NCBI RefSeq assembly: GCF_018977255.1
Contig: NW_024704742.1
Coordinates: 99,078,001 to 99,142,000 of the forward strand
DNA length: 64,000 bases
From: Callorhinchus milii
Lineage: Eukaryota
Direction of reading: 5' to 3'
Part shown: positions 25,021-38,045 of the stretch, in pieces
Position numbering within the stretch: position 1 is the stretch's first letter
Layout of the letters: the number at the start of each line of letters is the position of its first letter
Notes under the pieces: model-generated
Database searches by the model: none
Told to the model about the DNA's origin: nothing
Seen by the model: only the letters and a program-made list of their open reading frames with translations
Program-made: the position numbers and the translations under genes

Positions 25021-25388
25021 CTCTGCAGGAGGCCGTCGTGGTCGCAGCGGCTGGTGCTGAGCTCGATCTGGAGCCGAGCCCTCTCCTTGGCCGTCTCGTC
25101 CAGGGACTGGCGGGCGTCGGCCAACTCGGTCTCGTACAGACTCCTGATGCCGCTGAGCTCCCGGGTGCTGACCTCCTCCCTCTCGGAGATCTGGAGCTGC
25201 AGGAGGCTGTTCTGGGACTCCAGTGAGCGCACCGCGTCGATGTAGACGGCCAGACGGTCATTCAGGTTCCTCAGCTCGTCCTTCTCCTGCAGGCGGCTGA
25301 TGCGGGTGGGGCTGAGCGGAGTGCCCCCCCCCGAGCTCCGGCTGCTCGCCCGGGGGTGGGGGTGGCTCTTTGGAGTCACCGTTGCCAT
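25021..25388 (-). CDS. LMNB1: Lamin B1, coding exon 1 (head + coil 1A/1B start)
   Basis: ATG at 25388; [51 protein letters not shown]... has the lamin CDK1 site (SPTR) and the coil-1A signature [16 protein letters not shown] donor at 25020-25015; 368 nt, phase 2. Confidence 0.96.
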
Positions 25389-25979
25389 TTGCACCCAAGA
25401 AATTATCGAGGCGGCGGGTGCGGGGTGGGTGGGTGGGTGGGTGGGGGGGGGGGGGGAGTTATTATTTTTTTGTGTGCGGGGGGTGGGGAAGAAGGAGGGA
25501 GGGAGGGGGTTAATTTTTTTTTGTTAGTTGATATTTATGGGGGTGGTGGTGGGGGGGGTTTTCTTTAGAAAAATAGATTTTTTTTAAAAAAGAGAGGAAA
25601 GGAAAAATAACTTTTTTTGTGTGGGGGGGGAGGGTGAGGGGGGAGGCTGTTTTTTTTAAAAAAGGGATTTTTTTAAAAAAAATCGAAGGGGAGGAAAGGG
25701 GGGGTAAAAGTGGGAAGGTGGTGGTGGTGGTGTGAGGGGAGGGTGGGGTGGTGGTGGGGAGGGAGGGGGGGGGTTACATGCAACACCCAGAAAAGAGTAA
25801 AAATAAGGTTAATAATACAAAAAAGAAAGCACTAAACGAATGCAAAGAGAGAGGGAAGCAGTTGGTTACTCAGTGCAGTGCAATGCAGTCTCTCTCTCTC
25901 TCTCTCTCTCGCTCTCTCTCTGCTGCTCCTCACTATAATCCACAACCTTTTCCCTTCTCCACAAAACTGCTGACTGACT

Positions 25980-26110
25980 CCCACCCTCAGAAAAATGGCT
26001 CCTCGGCTCAGCACTTGATCCGCACACAACGTGACCGGTCGGGGACCAATTGTACCGCGATCCCGAACCGCTCTTTCAAAAGCAGCTGCGAGGTTTGAAA
26101 AAAAAATCTG
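25980..26110 (-). promoter_or_regulatory. Probable LMNB1 core promoter / 5' region
   Basis: Local CpG enrichment ~0.65 kb upstream of the ATG, CCAAT (26046-26050), two oppositely oriented TTTGAA CHR-like motifs (~26074-26099), YY1-like AAAATGGC (~25993-26000). Confidence 0.45.
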
Positions 26111-28794
26111 TGGTTTTTTTTTCGTATTCCTCCCTTTTTTTGGGGGGGGAGGAGGGGGGAGTGGGGGTCGTCGTTATTGTTGTTGGGAATCTCAAACGTT
26201 GTGAGTTTTATTCTTATTCTTATTCTTCCCTCCTTTCTCCCTCTCTTTCTTTCTCTCTCTCTCACATTGAGGGAAATCGGTCAGGTTTCATTCACACGAA
26301 CACGTTCAAGGCGTCTGGGTCTGTGTCTGGGGGTAGGATTTTTTTTTGGGGGGGAAAAAGGGAAGAAAGGGTAAAGGGAAGAAAGGGTAACAGTTGGGAG
26401 ATCTTTGTTTGGTTTGAAGGATCCCCTCACTCACCCCCCACCCCACCTCCCTCCCTCCCTCCCACCCTCACCGGATCAGCTTAATTTTCGTTCACAATGC
26501 TCTGGTTTTATTGAGTATTTCATCCCAGTATTTTCTGGGAGTGTCGCAGGAGAATCACCAGACCAGAACGAAGTAAAGCGAGAGGTTCAGTACAGTGCAA
26601 ACATTTTGCTCAGTGGGATCTCATTGTGCAGTTGCTGCTGTCGTGTGAGGGGGCAATAAAGTGTCCTCTTGGCAAATTGGACTGAACGCTCCTGATTTTA
26701 AATCGATGTCAACAAAATGTACTCCTGAGCTTCAAGGACCAAATGACACAGAGTTGCACTCTGTTATACCCAGAGGCTAACGGCGAAATAACACGTTTTT
26801 TCACACGTTTTGTTGTTAATATCAATAATAATCCTTGCATTTGATATAGCGCCTTATCGCGTCCTCGAGACGTCTCAAAACGCTTCACAGAATTTACTGT
26901 AAAGTGAATTGACTATATTTTGTGGTCGAAACGCCCACAAAACACCTATTGTAATAAAATTGAAAAATAATACCATACTCACTAAATATTGGTTTCCTTC
27001 GTATAACAATTTCTGAGCTGGGATTCACAAAGCTACTGAAACTATTGTACTGCAAATATTTGCTTTTAAAGTAATAAGGTAATAATCGACATGTATTTGG
27101 TAATGGAAGATTATTAGCCCATAACCAGTTACTTGTAAACAAATCTTTTTTTCCATTTTATTTTATCAAACTGGTTGGGAAGAGGCATGTAACCATCCTG
27201 TAAACTTGCAATATCTTTTTGTGGAAAGGATCATATGGAAAAAAGTTTTGTAGAGATTCGTTTTTTGTTTACGAAAAAGGTGTTTATTATTTTTGCATCA
27301 CAGGATTTGCATATGGTTTGTGTGATTCTGTACTTAAAGGTTTCTATTGCTGTACTAGATTTATTTAGGATGCAATAATGTAACTGTGATTAAAACGGTG
27401 GGTTTAACAAAGAAGTTACAACATTTCAGATGTAATGTTTGCGCACAGTGCAAAGATGCAATATTTAAGAAACAATTTCGGTCAGAAACAAGCTGAGGTT
27501 TTATTGTTCTGAAATTTTAGTGGGGGCAATAATTGATATCAGCCCATTGTTGTTACTGTATATTATTGTCATTATACAAAATATAATGTACCTTACTAAT
27601 GTACATCAATATTTTATTAAATATTGTACTAATTTCATAATTTAAGTGCATCAGTTCCTATCTTTCATTTTTTGGTTCTCTATTTTGATTTTCCTGTTTC
27701 ACATTTAGTTGATTTTTGTACATTGATTGTTTTCACAAGTAATAAAAGGTCTATGAAAATATCTCAAGTTATATCATGCCAAGGAAAAATACATACAGTA
27801 CTTATAAATAATAATCTTTGCTTTTGATACAGTACCTCTCACATCGGAAGGATATCTTAAAGACCTTCACAATATTCACTCTTAAAGTGTAGTGACAGTG
27901 TATTTTGCAAGTGGTAGATAACTTGATTCCTAATTTCAAAGATAGTGTACCAGATTACTCTTATAGAAAGCACAACACTTATACAGTCTCCAAATCCAAA
28001 CTTAAAATAACGCACAGCACGATAATTTACTTAAAGCACAGTTCTGGACTCTAACCTTTAATAATACATTTTTATGAAACTTCTTTTAGTGTTTAAACAA
28101 CTGCCTAGAAGCTGCAACACTGTTACACTCTGGAATATTTGTTCACTGAATTCAGTTGACCATAGCGAGTTTATTAGCAGAAAAAAAACTGCTTCCAGTG
28201 GAATGTAGTCAGTTAGACATATCACACTAGGATTATTTGGTATTCTATTTAAGCTATGATAAATATGTTTTTTTAACACAAATTATAAGTAATTTTAGGA
28301 TAAAATAGAGACGTTATAGTTACAAGAGGATTGAAGACAATCATAGCACCCTACTGTTGCCCACCTAAAAGCAACTAACTAACACTAAACAGAATTGAAA
28401 CCTGGGCTTTCCCAGTCTCTTTGGCTCGGTTTCTGACTTTGCCAAACATTGACCCTTCAGCAAGTTTTAACAATCTGTTTTTAGAGTGATAAAAGAGGAG
28501 AAAAGCTCAGCTACGTGATGCAGCTAGTAAATTTATTAACCTGGTATCTAGCTATTCTGGAGCTCACATGAATTGATTGTCTTGCTATTTGGCAATTAAC
28601 CTTTTATCTGCATTGCATATCAATTGTGATCCAAGCATAATTAAAGTGTGGTATTTCTTATCAGACTTTTACCAAGGCTTAACTATTATCAGAGATAATA
28701 GTGGCATATAATAGTCTATAATTAAATCATAAATGATAACAAATATACAGGATTGAAAATGTTAGCACAAATATTGAGGTCACAGAAGAGAAAA

Positions 28795-29466
28795 AGGGGA
28801 GAGGTGAGCCCCATTTTCGCCACTTCAACTCTCCCTCCCACTCGCACCTCTCCATCCACGGTCTCCTATACTGTTCCAATGAGCCACAGTACAAGCTCGA
28901 GGAACAGCGCCTCATTTATCTGCCGGGAACCTTACAGCCCTCTGGCCTCGATATTGATATCAACAATGTCGGACCATAACAGCTCACCTTCCCCCTCCCC
29001 CTCTTCTGTGACCATTACCACATCATCTGGGTCCCAGACACACCTTTTCTCTCAGTTCTGACGAAGGGTCGTGGACCCAAAACGTTGACTCACTTTCCTT
29101 TCTCCATAGATGCTGCCTGACCTGCTGAGTTTTCCCAGCTCTCTCTGTTTTTGTTTCAGATTCCAGCATCTGTAGTAATTTATGTTTTGTACACCTTTTC
29201 TCTCTCTGGTCTGTCTATTTTGTTGCAACCCCCGTCCTTTTTTACATCATTAACACTTCTTTAACCCATCATCCCCTGTCCTCTACCCCATTTTCTCCTT
29301 TGTCTTCCTTGCCTTGCCTCCCCCCTCTCTGTTAGCCCTTAAAAGCCTCTCCCTCCCAACATGCCCCAGTTCTGACAAAGGGTGGACCCAAAATGTTGAC
29401 TCGCTTTCCTTTCTCCATAGATGCTGCCTAACCTGCTGAGCATTCCCAGTGACTTCTGTTTTTGTT
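28795..29466 (+). mobile_element. Penelope-like element 3' remnant with duplicated terminal repeat
   Basis: GIY-YIG-endonuclease C-terminus-like translation HFNSPSHS...KLEEQRLIYLPGTLQPSGLDID; direct repeats ~29053-29155 and ~29367-29466. Confidence 0.75.
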
Positions 29467-30226
29467 GAAGAGATATGGTATCCAGTTACTGACTACAGAA
29501 TCCATCTTATATAATCACAGCTGATGAGTGCCAAAGACCCTCCCCAATTTAATATATTATAATAATCCTTGCATTTCATTTAGCACCTTATCATTTTGTT
29601 GTAATGTCTCAAAGTGCTTCACATGATTTACTGTTGAGTCTGATGATCATGTATTTTGTAGGGTGTTGCATTCAGTTGCTAGACATTAAGCTCTTCGTTC
29701 TAGACATTTTTATTTAATTATTAAACCATAATTTTCTGTCACGATAGTAGCAGAAACCAGAACTAGAACTGATTTTGTACTGAAATCTCATAGATGATGC
29801 ATTGTCTAGTAGTGTATGCTATTTTAGGAAAATAATAATTGTTACAATAGAGAACTGCTCCATGCTCCCATAAAACATAAACCACATGAAACATTTGCTT
29901 GAGTTTCACTAAAATACTTCATTGTTAACTGAACCCTTTGATCTTCAAATGCAATGATTATTATTGTTACATCTTGGGTAACAGTAAGGTGCAGCTTACT
30001 GCAAGACAGGAAGATGTTGAGGAATTCAGCTGATGCCAAATCATGAGTGAATCATGTGTAGTTGATTAATATAATCCAAACCTAGAGATGAGCTACTGGA
30101 TTGAAACACATTCTGTTAACAGCAGGAGGCTGCTGGTGATAGATGGTAAGAGTCTGAATCACAGAATTTGAATTGCAATGATATGAGACTTGATACGACT
30201 ATAAGCTACAAGGAAATAGTACAGGT

Positions 30227-30540
30227 GGAATCCTGTAGCTCAGTGGTTAGAGCACTCGCCTCGCAAGCGAGAGACCTGGGTTCGATTCTCGGCAGAGCGA
30301 AACTTTGGGCAAGTTTCCTTACTCCAGACGCCTGATAATAATTCCTCAAGAAAAAAACCAATAATAAATTGGTAACGTCAATCCACGACTGTTTGTGGGA
30401 CACTGCTGTGTGCAATTGGCTAACGTATTTCACCCACAAATGTATGCAGTCAATTCACTTTATAGTATATTCTGTGAAGTGCTTTGAGACGTCTAGAAGA
30501 TGTGAAAAGCGCTATATCGAATGCAAGAATTATTATTATT
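30227..30540 (+). mobile_element. Same SINE family, full length
   Basis: A box TAGCTCAGTGG, B box GGTTCGATTC, core and (ATT)n tail. Confidence 0.9.
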
Positions 30541-33500
30541 CATTATTATGGTATATCCTGTAAATCCTAGTCATGGAACACTATCCATACATGCTGAAAC
30601 TCCCATTATTACTCACAGTAGACTACGTGTAACTTTCTGTTGATAGATTTTAGCTCTCATAACCTCATCAGTAGGATTACTGATCTATCCACTTAAACTT
30701 TAACCTGCTGCGTTATACCAGCTTTAGGTTAGGTAAACTATTTACTTTTCAAAATGCTTGTAAACACACATTTTATCAAGCTTTGAAATACACCATAATA
30801 GCATTCTTTTCCCATCTCTCCAAGTTTAAATATAAATCAGTCATATCAATTTAATTCTGCCTTGCGTATCTTTCCTGTGCTTTCAAACACGTGGACGATG
30901 CTCTTCAAATTGTTCAAACAATTGTCAAACTGCATGATGTTATCACTCAAAGGTACTCTGGGCCTGGACAAAGATTCAGAGAATGTTATATAATTTACAG
31001 TGATAAAATGCTGTTTTTCTTCTCTCTCAATACTTTTGTCCTGAAGGTGTGCATATTGCCAGATTTTTACTAGGGTGACTATCCTTGTTGAGGATTATAG
31101 TAGGAAATGAAATATCCTACTATAATCCTCAACTTTATCTCAATGAATTAATAATTATACTAATCACTGCATTAGATATAGTCATATTGTCACCAAGTCT
31201 CAATTCGCTTTCCAGTATTTTTAATGTAGAATATGCTGATTGTGTATTTGTAGGCAAATGTGGCAGTCAATTTGCGCACAGCAATATCCCACAAGCAGCC
31301 ATGAAGTGAATGACCAATTCTGTCTGGAGCATGGCTGACCAGGACGCAGGGAGAAACCTTCTCTTTACAATGAGTATCTTAATGTTGATCCTCTGGGGGA
31401 ATAGGGAGCCAGTGGTGCTGAGCAAGAAATAATTTATTTTCAGAACCCTAATCTCCATCTGGTCTTCATAAATGGACTATTTAAATTGAAATTGTCACGG
31501 CTTTAATAGATGATAGCCTGTCCTGTGAGTTGCTCAGTAGCATGCTATACTTTTGCTTTGAAAGATCTGATACATTTGATGCATTTTTTTGTGATTTGCT
31601 TTATTCTTGGCTATTGCACATATGTAGAATAGACCTACTAATATTTGACTTATTGGTGCAAAGTTCCAGAATCAATAGAATTAATTCCTTCGACTACTCT
31701 GGTAATGGCAATGATACAGTAGTTATACTTTGCAATGTCTAATACAATTAATTCAGGAATTGTTTTTGAGCACATAACCTTTCACTGGTAATATATGTGG
31801 AGCTTGTAAATTGGTGCTTACACATCCTGGGTCAATCATCCTTTTACGAGTCTACAGCTCCTGCTGCATGATCTGAATGAAAAATGCTTCAATGAGTATC
31901 TTTATCTGTTTATTATAATAGGATCTGCGTACCACATTGATCCTGCTACAGTTGCCAATACAAAGACAAAAGCATAATTACTGCCAAATGAAAATCAGTG
32001 TTGAGGTGTTCAGCAGGCCAGAAGGTAGAGAGCAATTGCATTGATATTGTGAGCCAACAGTATTCTTTGATATGTATCATGACATCAGAACATAATAACT
32101 TGCTATATCAGTGCTTTGGTGTCTACCTTTGGGCACAATCAACTTGAATTGATTCGCTGTATGCCAGTAAGAATAAATATTTATTATATGTTGTCAAATT
32201 GTTGGGAGCCATGCATGCAATCACGAATGCACATATACCTAGGCATGTTTCATACTTCCCTGAGTCTCTTTTTTTAAAAAATGACCAGCCGTGCTCAATT
32301 TGTTGCACTCTCAGCTCTGATTCAGAAGGTTGTGTGTTCACGCTCCATGGAGTTCACATGGTCTATGCTGACACTCCAATGCGTTGCTGGGGGCACGCTC
32401 ATTGCCTGCCTGTTCAAGTGGACGTTAAAGATTCCATGGCACTATTTGAAAACATAGTTTCTTCCAGTGTTCTGTCCAACAATCCCCAAATAAAAACCTA
32501 TGACACGCAGTCACTACATTTTATAGTATATCCTGTGAAGCGCTTTGAGATGATCTCCCAACATGAAAGGAGCTATATCAATGAAAGGATTATCAATATG
32601 AATTTGTTTGATTTCATTTCAAAACAAACTTGAAAACGAGTGGAGCATCGCGTGCCCCACCCTTCACTACTCGCGTTCAGTGGTGTCTGCTCTAACCTCC
32701 TTCATTGCCTGTGGGCTGACAATGCGTTGATGAGCGCTTTGCTTCCAGTCTCGGCGTTCGTGTTGTGGCTGCCATCCCTGACCTGAGCCGCCCGCTCCCA
32801 AGATTCCCCATCTTTGAAAGTGCGTACAGTCACCTTCTCCCTCCCTCTGGTTCGGCGTCAGTCTTCTCGGCTGGATCTACTTGGAGCTGTACCAGATGAC
32901 ATGTTTAGCAATGGAATGTCAGAATTGAGTCTCTTTGGCTATCTCTAGTCTGCTCGATTATGGAAACTCCCTCCTCATCGGCCTTCCCAACTCTTCCCTT
33001 CACAAGCTGCAGATCATCCAAAACTCTGCAGCTCGTGTACACTCACGCACCAGGCTCTGTGACCCCATCGCTCCCACCCTCGCCTGACTCCAATGGCTCC
33101 CCATCCCTCAGAGGAAGGGCAGATGCCTTGGCTCTGAGGTCCCCAAGCCTTGACTCTTGCCAACTTGTAGCAAATACTTTCCAGAATGAGGTAAGCAGAA
33201 TAAGTTCCTCCAAGGAGAGTCTCCCGGGGTGGGTGGAGAAAGTGATCCTGGGAGTGGAAATGTGGTCAGAAAGGTAAGCAGGTTTTGAAGGTGGGGAGGG
33301 TTGGGGTAGTACTATTGTATTCATACCCACAAGAGGTTTTAAAGGAACCAACAGCTGCCAGTATATTTAATGTGATACACTTAAGGGAACACATTTGTAT
33401 CAAGAGGGAGGTAAAATGTGATATGCTGACTTTAGTAGTGTCTAGATTGCCAATAATTACTATTGTTAGCAACACGGCAGTTTTTTTTGTATGTGTGGCT

Positions 33501-35112
33501 CTGTCCACCAATTATGAGGTCAATTAGTTTCTGATCGTGCTGGCATTCATCATTGGCTGTTGTTCATTAATTGCATAAAATTACTAGACCGTACAGCATG
33601 GAAACAAGCCATTCGTCCAACTAGTCCGTGCCGGTGTTTATACTCTACATGAACCTTCACCCCTCCTAATCCCCTCTCCCATACCGTTCTATTCCCTTCT
33701 CCACATGGATCACAAAATGGATGTTTGTAGGACATCACTATTTTCAAATTGACTATTGGGTTTGCCTGCAAATGTAGAGTGACTACACTTTCAGTAAATC
33801 CTGGGAAGCTTTTGAGATAGTATCAAAAAGATCATCAGATAGCACTGATTTGAGGTTTCTGTTACTTGATTGGGCGCTCTATCAAATTCAAGGATTATTA
33901 TTGTGTATGTGTTGCCTTCTCCCACATGTTTGAAGAGTGGAAACTTTAAATTGATGATAGAAATGTCACATGCAGATTTGTAGCAAAAAACAACCATGTT
34001 ACTGCAGGTACTAAAGCGCTTCACAGGATTCATTGTAAAGTGTAGTGTCTATTTAAGTAGGTGAGTCAAGTGAGGCACTGCCTCACCTAGAATTTCAAGA
34101 GCAAGGCAAGACAGTACTGGCGCAGAAGCAAAACGATGCTGACACAGGAGCCGCTGGAACAATGTAGTACCAATTCAGAAGCCATGAGAACATGGCATTA
34201 CCGGTATTGGAGCAAGGCTAGCAGGAGAGAGACTAAGACATTACGCATGTGTCAAAGGCCAATTGCCATGGTAACAAGATAACTTGGTTAGGCAATCTCA
34301 GATTATAATAATAATAACCCTTGTATTTGATATAGCGCTTTTCATGTCTTCTAGACGTCTCAAAGCTCTTCACAGAATATGCTGTAAAGTGAATTGACCA
34401 CATATTTGTGGGCGAAACGCGGCAGCCAATTGCGCACAACAGTGTCCCACAAACAGTCGTGGATTGAAAATGACCAATTTATTATTGTTTTAATAATTGC
34501 TTCCCGTATCAAAAAGGTCATCAGATAGCACTGTTTCAATTCTATAATTCGGCTCTCTATCAAATGCAAGGATTATTATTGTGTATGCGTTGCCTTCTTC
34601 CACGTTTGAAGAGTAGAAACTTTAAATTGACAATAGAAATGTCACATGCAGATTTGCAGGCAAAAACAGCCATGTTACTGCAGGTACTAAAGCACTTCGC
34701 AGGATTCATTGTAAAGTATAGTAACTATTTAAGAAGATCTTAATATTTTAATCCCAATTCCCTGTCTATTCTTCATATCTCTTTAAGTACCCTTGATTTT
34801 AAAGTACTGTGCCTCCGTATCTATCTACCTTTAAGCAACTCAATCGAATCAGATTTTCCCACCTTCCAAGGCAGCATGTTCCAGATTTTTACATAAAGAA
34901 AAAAATTCAGATTTCACTTTTAACCAGTTTAGTTCTACGTTGTGGCTTTTCTTATGCCTGTAAAGTTTATGTGCTTGTTAAAATCATTAGCCGGTGCCGA
35001 AGCTCAGTAGAACTGGCCCATGTTGTGTTATAAATATAATGAGTAGCCCTTTCAATACATGTATGAAGCATTTAAAATTGTTTTTGATCCTTATGGTGCC
35101 ATCAAGTCTGAC

Positions 35113-38045
35113 TACAACAACAAAATTACATTTGTATAGTGCCTTTCAGGTCGGGAGGACATCCCAAGATAGACAAAAGTTTCGGACCCAAGCTGGGGGT
35201 CGGGGAGGGTGGAGGGTAGGGCGGGGAAGCAGGCAGATCGAAAGCACGGTCGAAGAGGAGGATCTTAAGATGGGTCTTCAAGGTGGCAAGGAAGGGGGCG
35301 AGGTGGAGGGACTGCAGGATGGAGTTCCAGATGGTGGGGGCAGAGTGGCAGAAGGTCTGCCCGCCAATAGTGGGCCGAGCAAGGCGGGGGACGTGAAGCA
35401 GGCCGGAGCCCTCTGAGCAGAGGGTGCAAGCAGGATGGTATGGGTTAGGAGGTTGCAGAGGTAGGGGGGAGCAAGACCATCGAGGGCTTTGAACTGTATC
35501 CTCTGTATGATGGGAGGCCAGTGGAGTTGGGCATGGATGGGGGTGATAGGGTCGCGGAGCCTAGTGTGGGAGAGGACATGGGCTGCAGAGTTCTGGATGA
35601 TTTGCAGCCTATGGAGGGAGGAGTTGGGGAGGCCGGCAAGCAATGAGTTTGCATAGCCGAGCCTCGATGTAATGAAAGTGTGTATGAGGATTTCAGCGGC
35701 CTGCCTTGTGAGTCAGTGTGGGAGCCGGGCGATGTTGCGGAGGTGGGAAAGGTAGGGCGGTTCATGGCGCAGATGTGGGATAGAAAGGATAGTTAAGGGT
35801 CAAACAAGATGCCAAGGTTCCGGACTGGCTTAGCAAGGTGGAATGTGCAACCATAGATGGTGGTGCTATCAGCGCCTGAGATAAGGAGGCGCTGACATTC
35901 TGTCAGGACAGCAGTGGTCCTGGAGTCAAGGGTGGAGGCAGAGAGGTAGAGTTGGGTGTCCAATTACATGTGGAAGTTGATCCCATGTCTGTGGATGATG
36001 TCACCAAGAGGAGCATATAGATATTGAAGAGGAGGGAACCAAGGACAGAGCTCTGAGGAATGCTGCACGAGATGGTGCGGGGGCTAGAGAAGAAGCCGTT
36101 TGTGGAGATGAAGTTGAGGAGGTGTGAGAGGTACGATCTGAACCAGTCAAGGACAGAGCCATGAAGTTTGAGGTGAGAGGAGAGGCGGTGGGTGGATGAG
36201 GATAGAGTGGTCGACGGTGTCAAAGGCAGCAGAGAGGTCAAGGAGGACGAGGAGGCAGACGGAGCCCTGTTCGCAGATGGACAGAATGTCATTCGTCACT
36301 TTGAACAGGGCTGTTTCTGTGCTGTGGGCGGCACGGAAACACGATTGGAGGGGTTCAAGAAGGGAGTGGCAGGAGAGGAAGGAGCGAGGCTGAGAAGCAA
36401 CAACTTGTTCCAGTACCTTGGAAAGGGAAGTTGGAGATGGGGCAGTAGTTTGGAAGTAGAGATGGGTCCAGGGAGGGTTTTTTAAGAATAGAAGTGATGA
36501 CAACAACAAGATTACATTTGTATAGCGCCTTTCACATCCCAAGGCGCTGGACATTGTACAGCATTTCAGACACGAGCTGGGGTCAGGGGGGGAGAAGGGA
36601 AGGGAGGGGAAGGGGGCTGGACAATGGCATGGTCGAAGAGGAGGGTCTTGAGGCGGGACTTGAAGGAGGCTAAGGAGGGGGTGAGGCGGAGTGATTGGGG
36701 GATGGAATTCCAGAAGTTGGGGGCAGAGTGGCTGAAGGCTCTCCCGTCAATGGTGGAGCGGGGGACGTGGAGCAGGCCGGAGCTGGGTGAGCGGAGGGAG
36801 CGGGTGGGTTGGTAGGGGGTTAGGAGGTAACAGAAGTAGGGTGGGGTGAGGCCATGGAGGGCTTTGTAGGAGAGGACCAGGATCTTGAGCTGGATCCTCT
36901 GAAGGATGGAGAACCAATGGAGTCGGGCGAGAACGGGGGAGATGGGGTCATGGAGCTTGGTGCGAGAGAGGACACAGGTAAGTTTTTAATGGGTTTTTTA
37001 ACAGAACCAGAGGACAGGGAGAAGTTTATGATGTCAGTGAGTAGAGGGGCAAGGAGGTGGAGCTGGGAGGTAAGGAGAGGGGTAGGGATAGGGTCGAGGG
37101 AGCATTTGGTCGGTTTCATGCAGGTTATGGTGGTGATGAGAGAGGAGTGGGATACAGATTCAAAGCTGTGGAGGGAGTGATGGGTAGATGCCGGGGTAGG
37201 AGGGGAAGATGGGGAGGGGTAGCAGATGCAGCGGCAGCTGAGCAGATTCCCTCGACTTTGGATTCAAGGAAGTCCAGCATTGCCTCGCAGTTGGCATTTG
37301 AGGTGAGGATGGTTGAGGCGTGAGAGGGTGGGCGGAGGAGCCAGTTTGTGATGAAGAAGAGGAGCCTGGGGTTGTCCTTAGCCTCCAAGATTGTCTTGGA
37401 GTAGAACGACAATTTAGTGGGGGCGATGGCGGAGGAGTATGATTTGATCTGCCGGTGGACTGTTGTTTGATTTAAGCCAGGTGCGCTCAACAACAACAAT
37501 TTGGATTTATATGGCACCCTCCACACCGGACAGCATCTCAGAGCGCTTCACACACCTATGCTTTAAGGGAGCGGAGGTGGTTGGTGTACCATGGTGACTT
37601 AGGTGAATAGGAGACAGTTTGGGAAGAGAGGGGAGCAAGGGAATTGAGAGTGGATGAGAGGGAGCTGTGGAGAAGAGTGACTGAGGAGGATAGCTCATTG
37701 CAGGAGGAAGCCCAGAGGGGAAGGAGTTCAGATGACTCCAAGGCAGCTGAGAGGGAAGGTGGGGGGGGAAGGGAAGATTTTTTTCCAGGGGTGGTAGGAG
37801 ATGGAGGTGGGTTGGCTGACAGTGCAGAGAGGGTTTGAGGAGTTAAGAGAGGTGAATTGATGGACTGAGATCGCTCTGTCAATGATGGTGAGGTCCGAGA
37901 CGTTGAGGCCCCGAGTGATCACCGGGTCGAGGGGGTGACCGCGGACGTGGGTGGCAGAGTGGATGTGGAGGGAGAGATTGAGGGAGGAGATAAGGGAGGA
38001 AAAGTCAGCAGAGGTAGAGCAGGAGGGGGTGAAGTGAAGGTTGAA
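35113..38045 (-). mobile_element. Cluster of nested/tandem decayed L2 LINEs
   Basis: HSTETALFKVTNDIL...LLDLSAAFDTVDH, KCSLDPIPT, endonuclease-region fragments; separate 3' tails at ~35113, ~36500 and ~37490. Confidence 0.88.
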
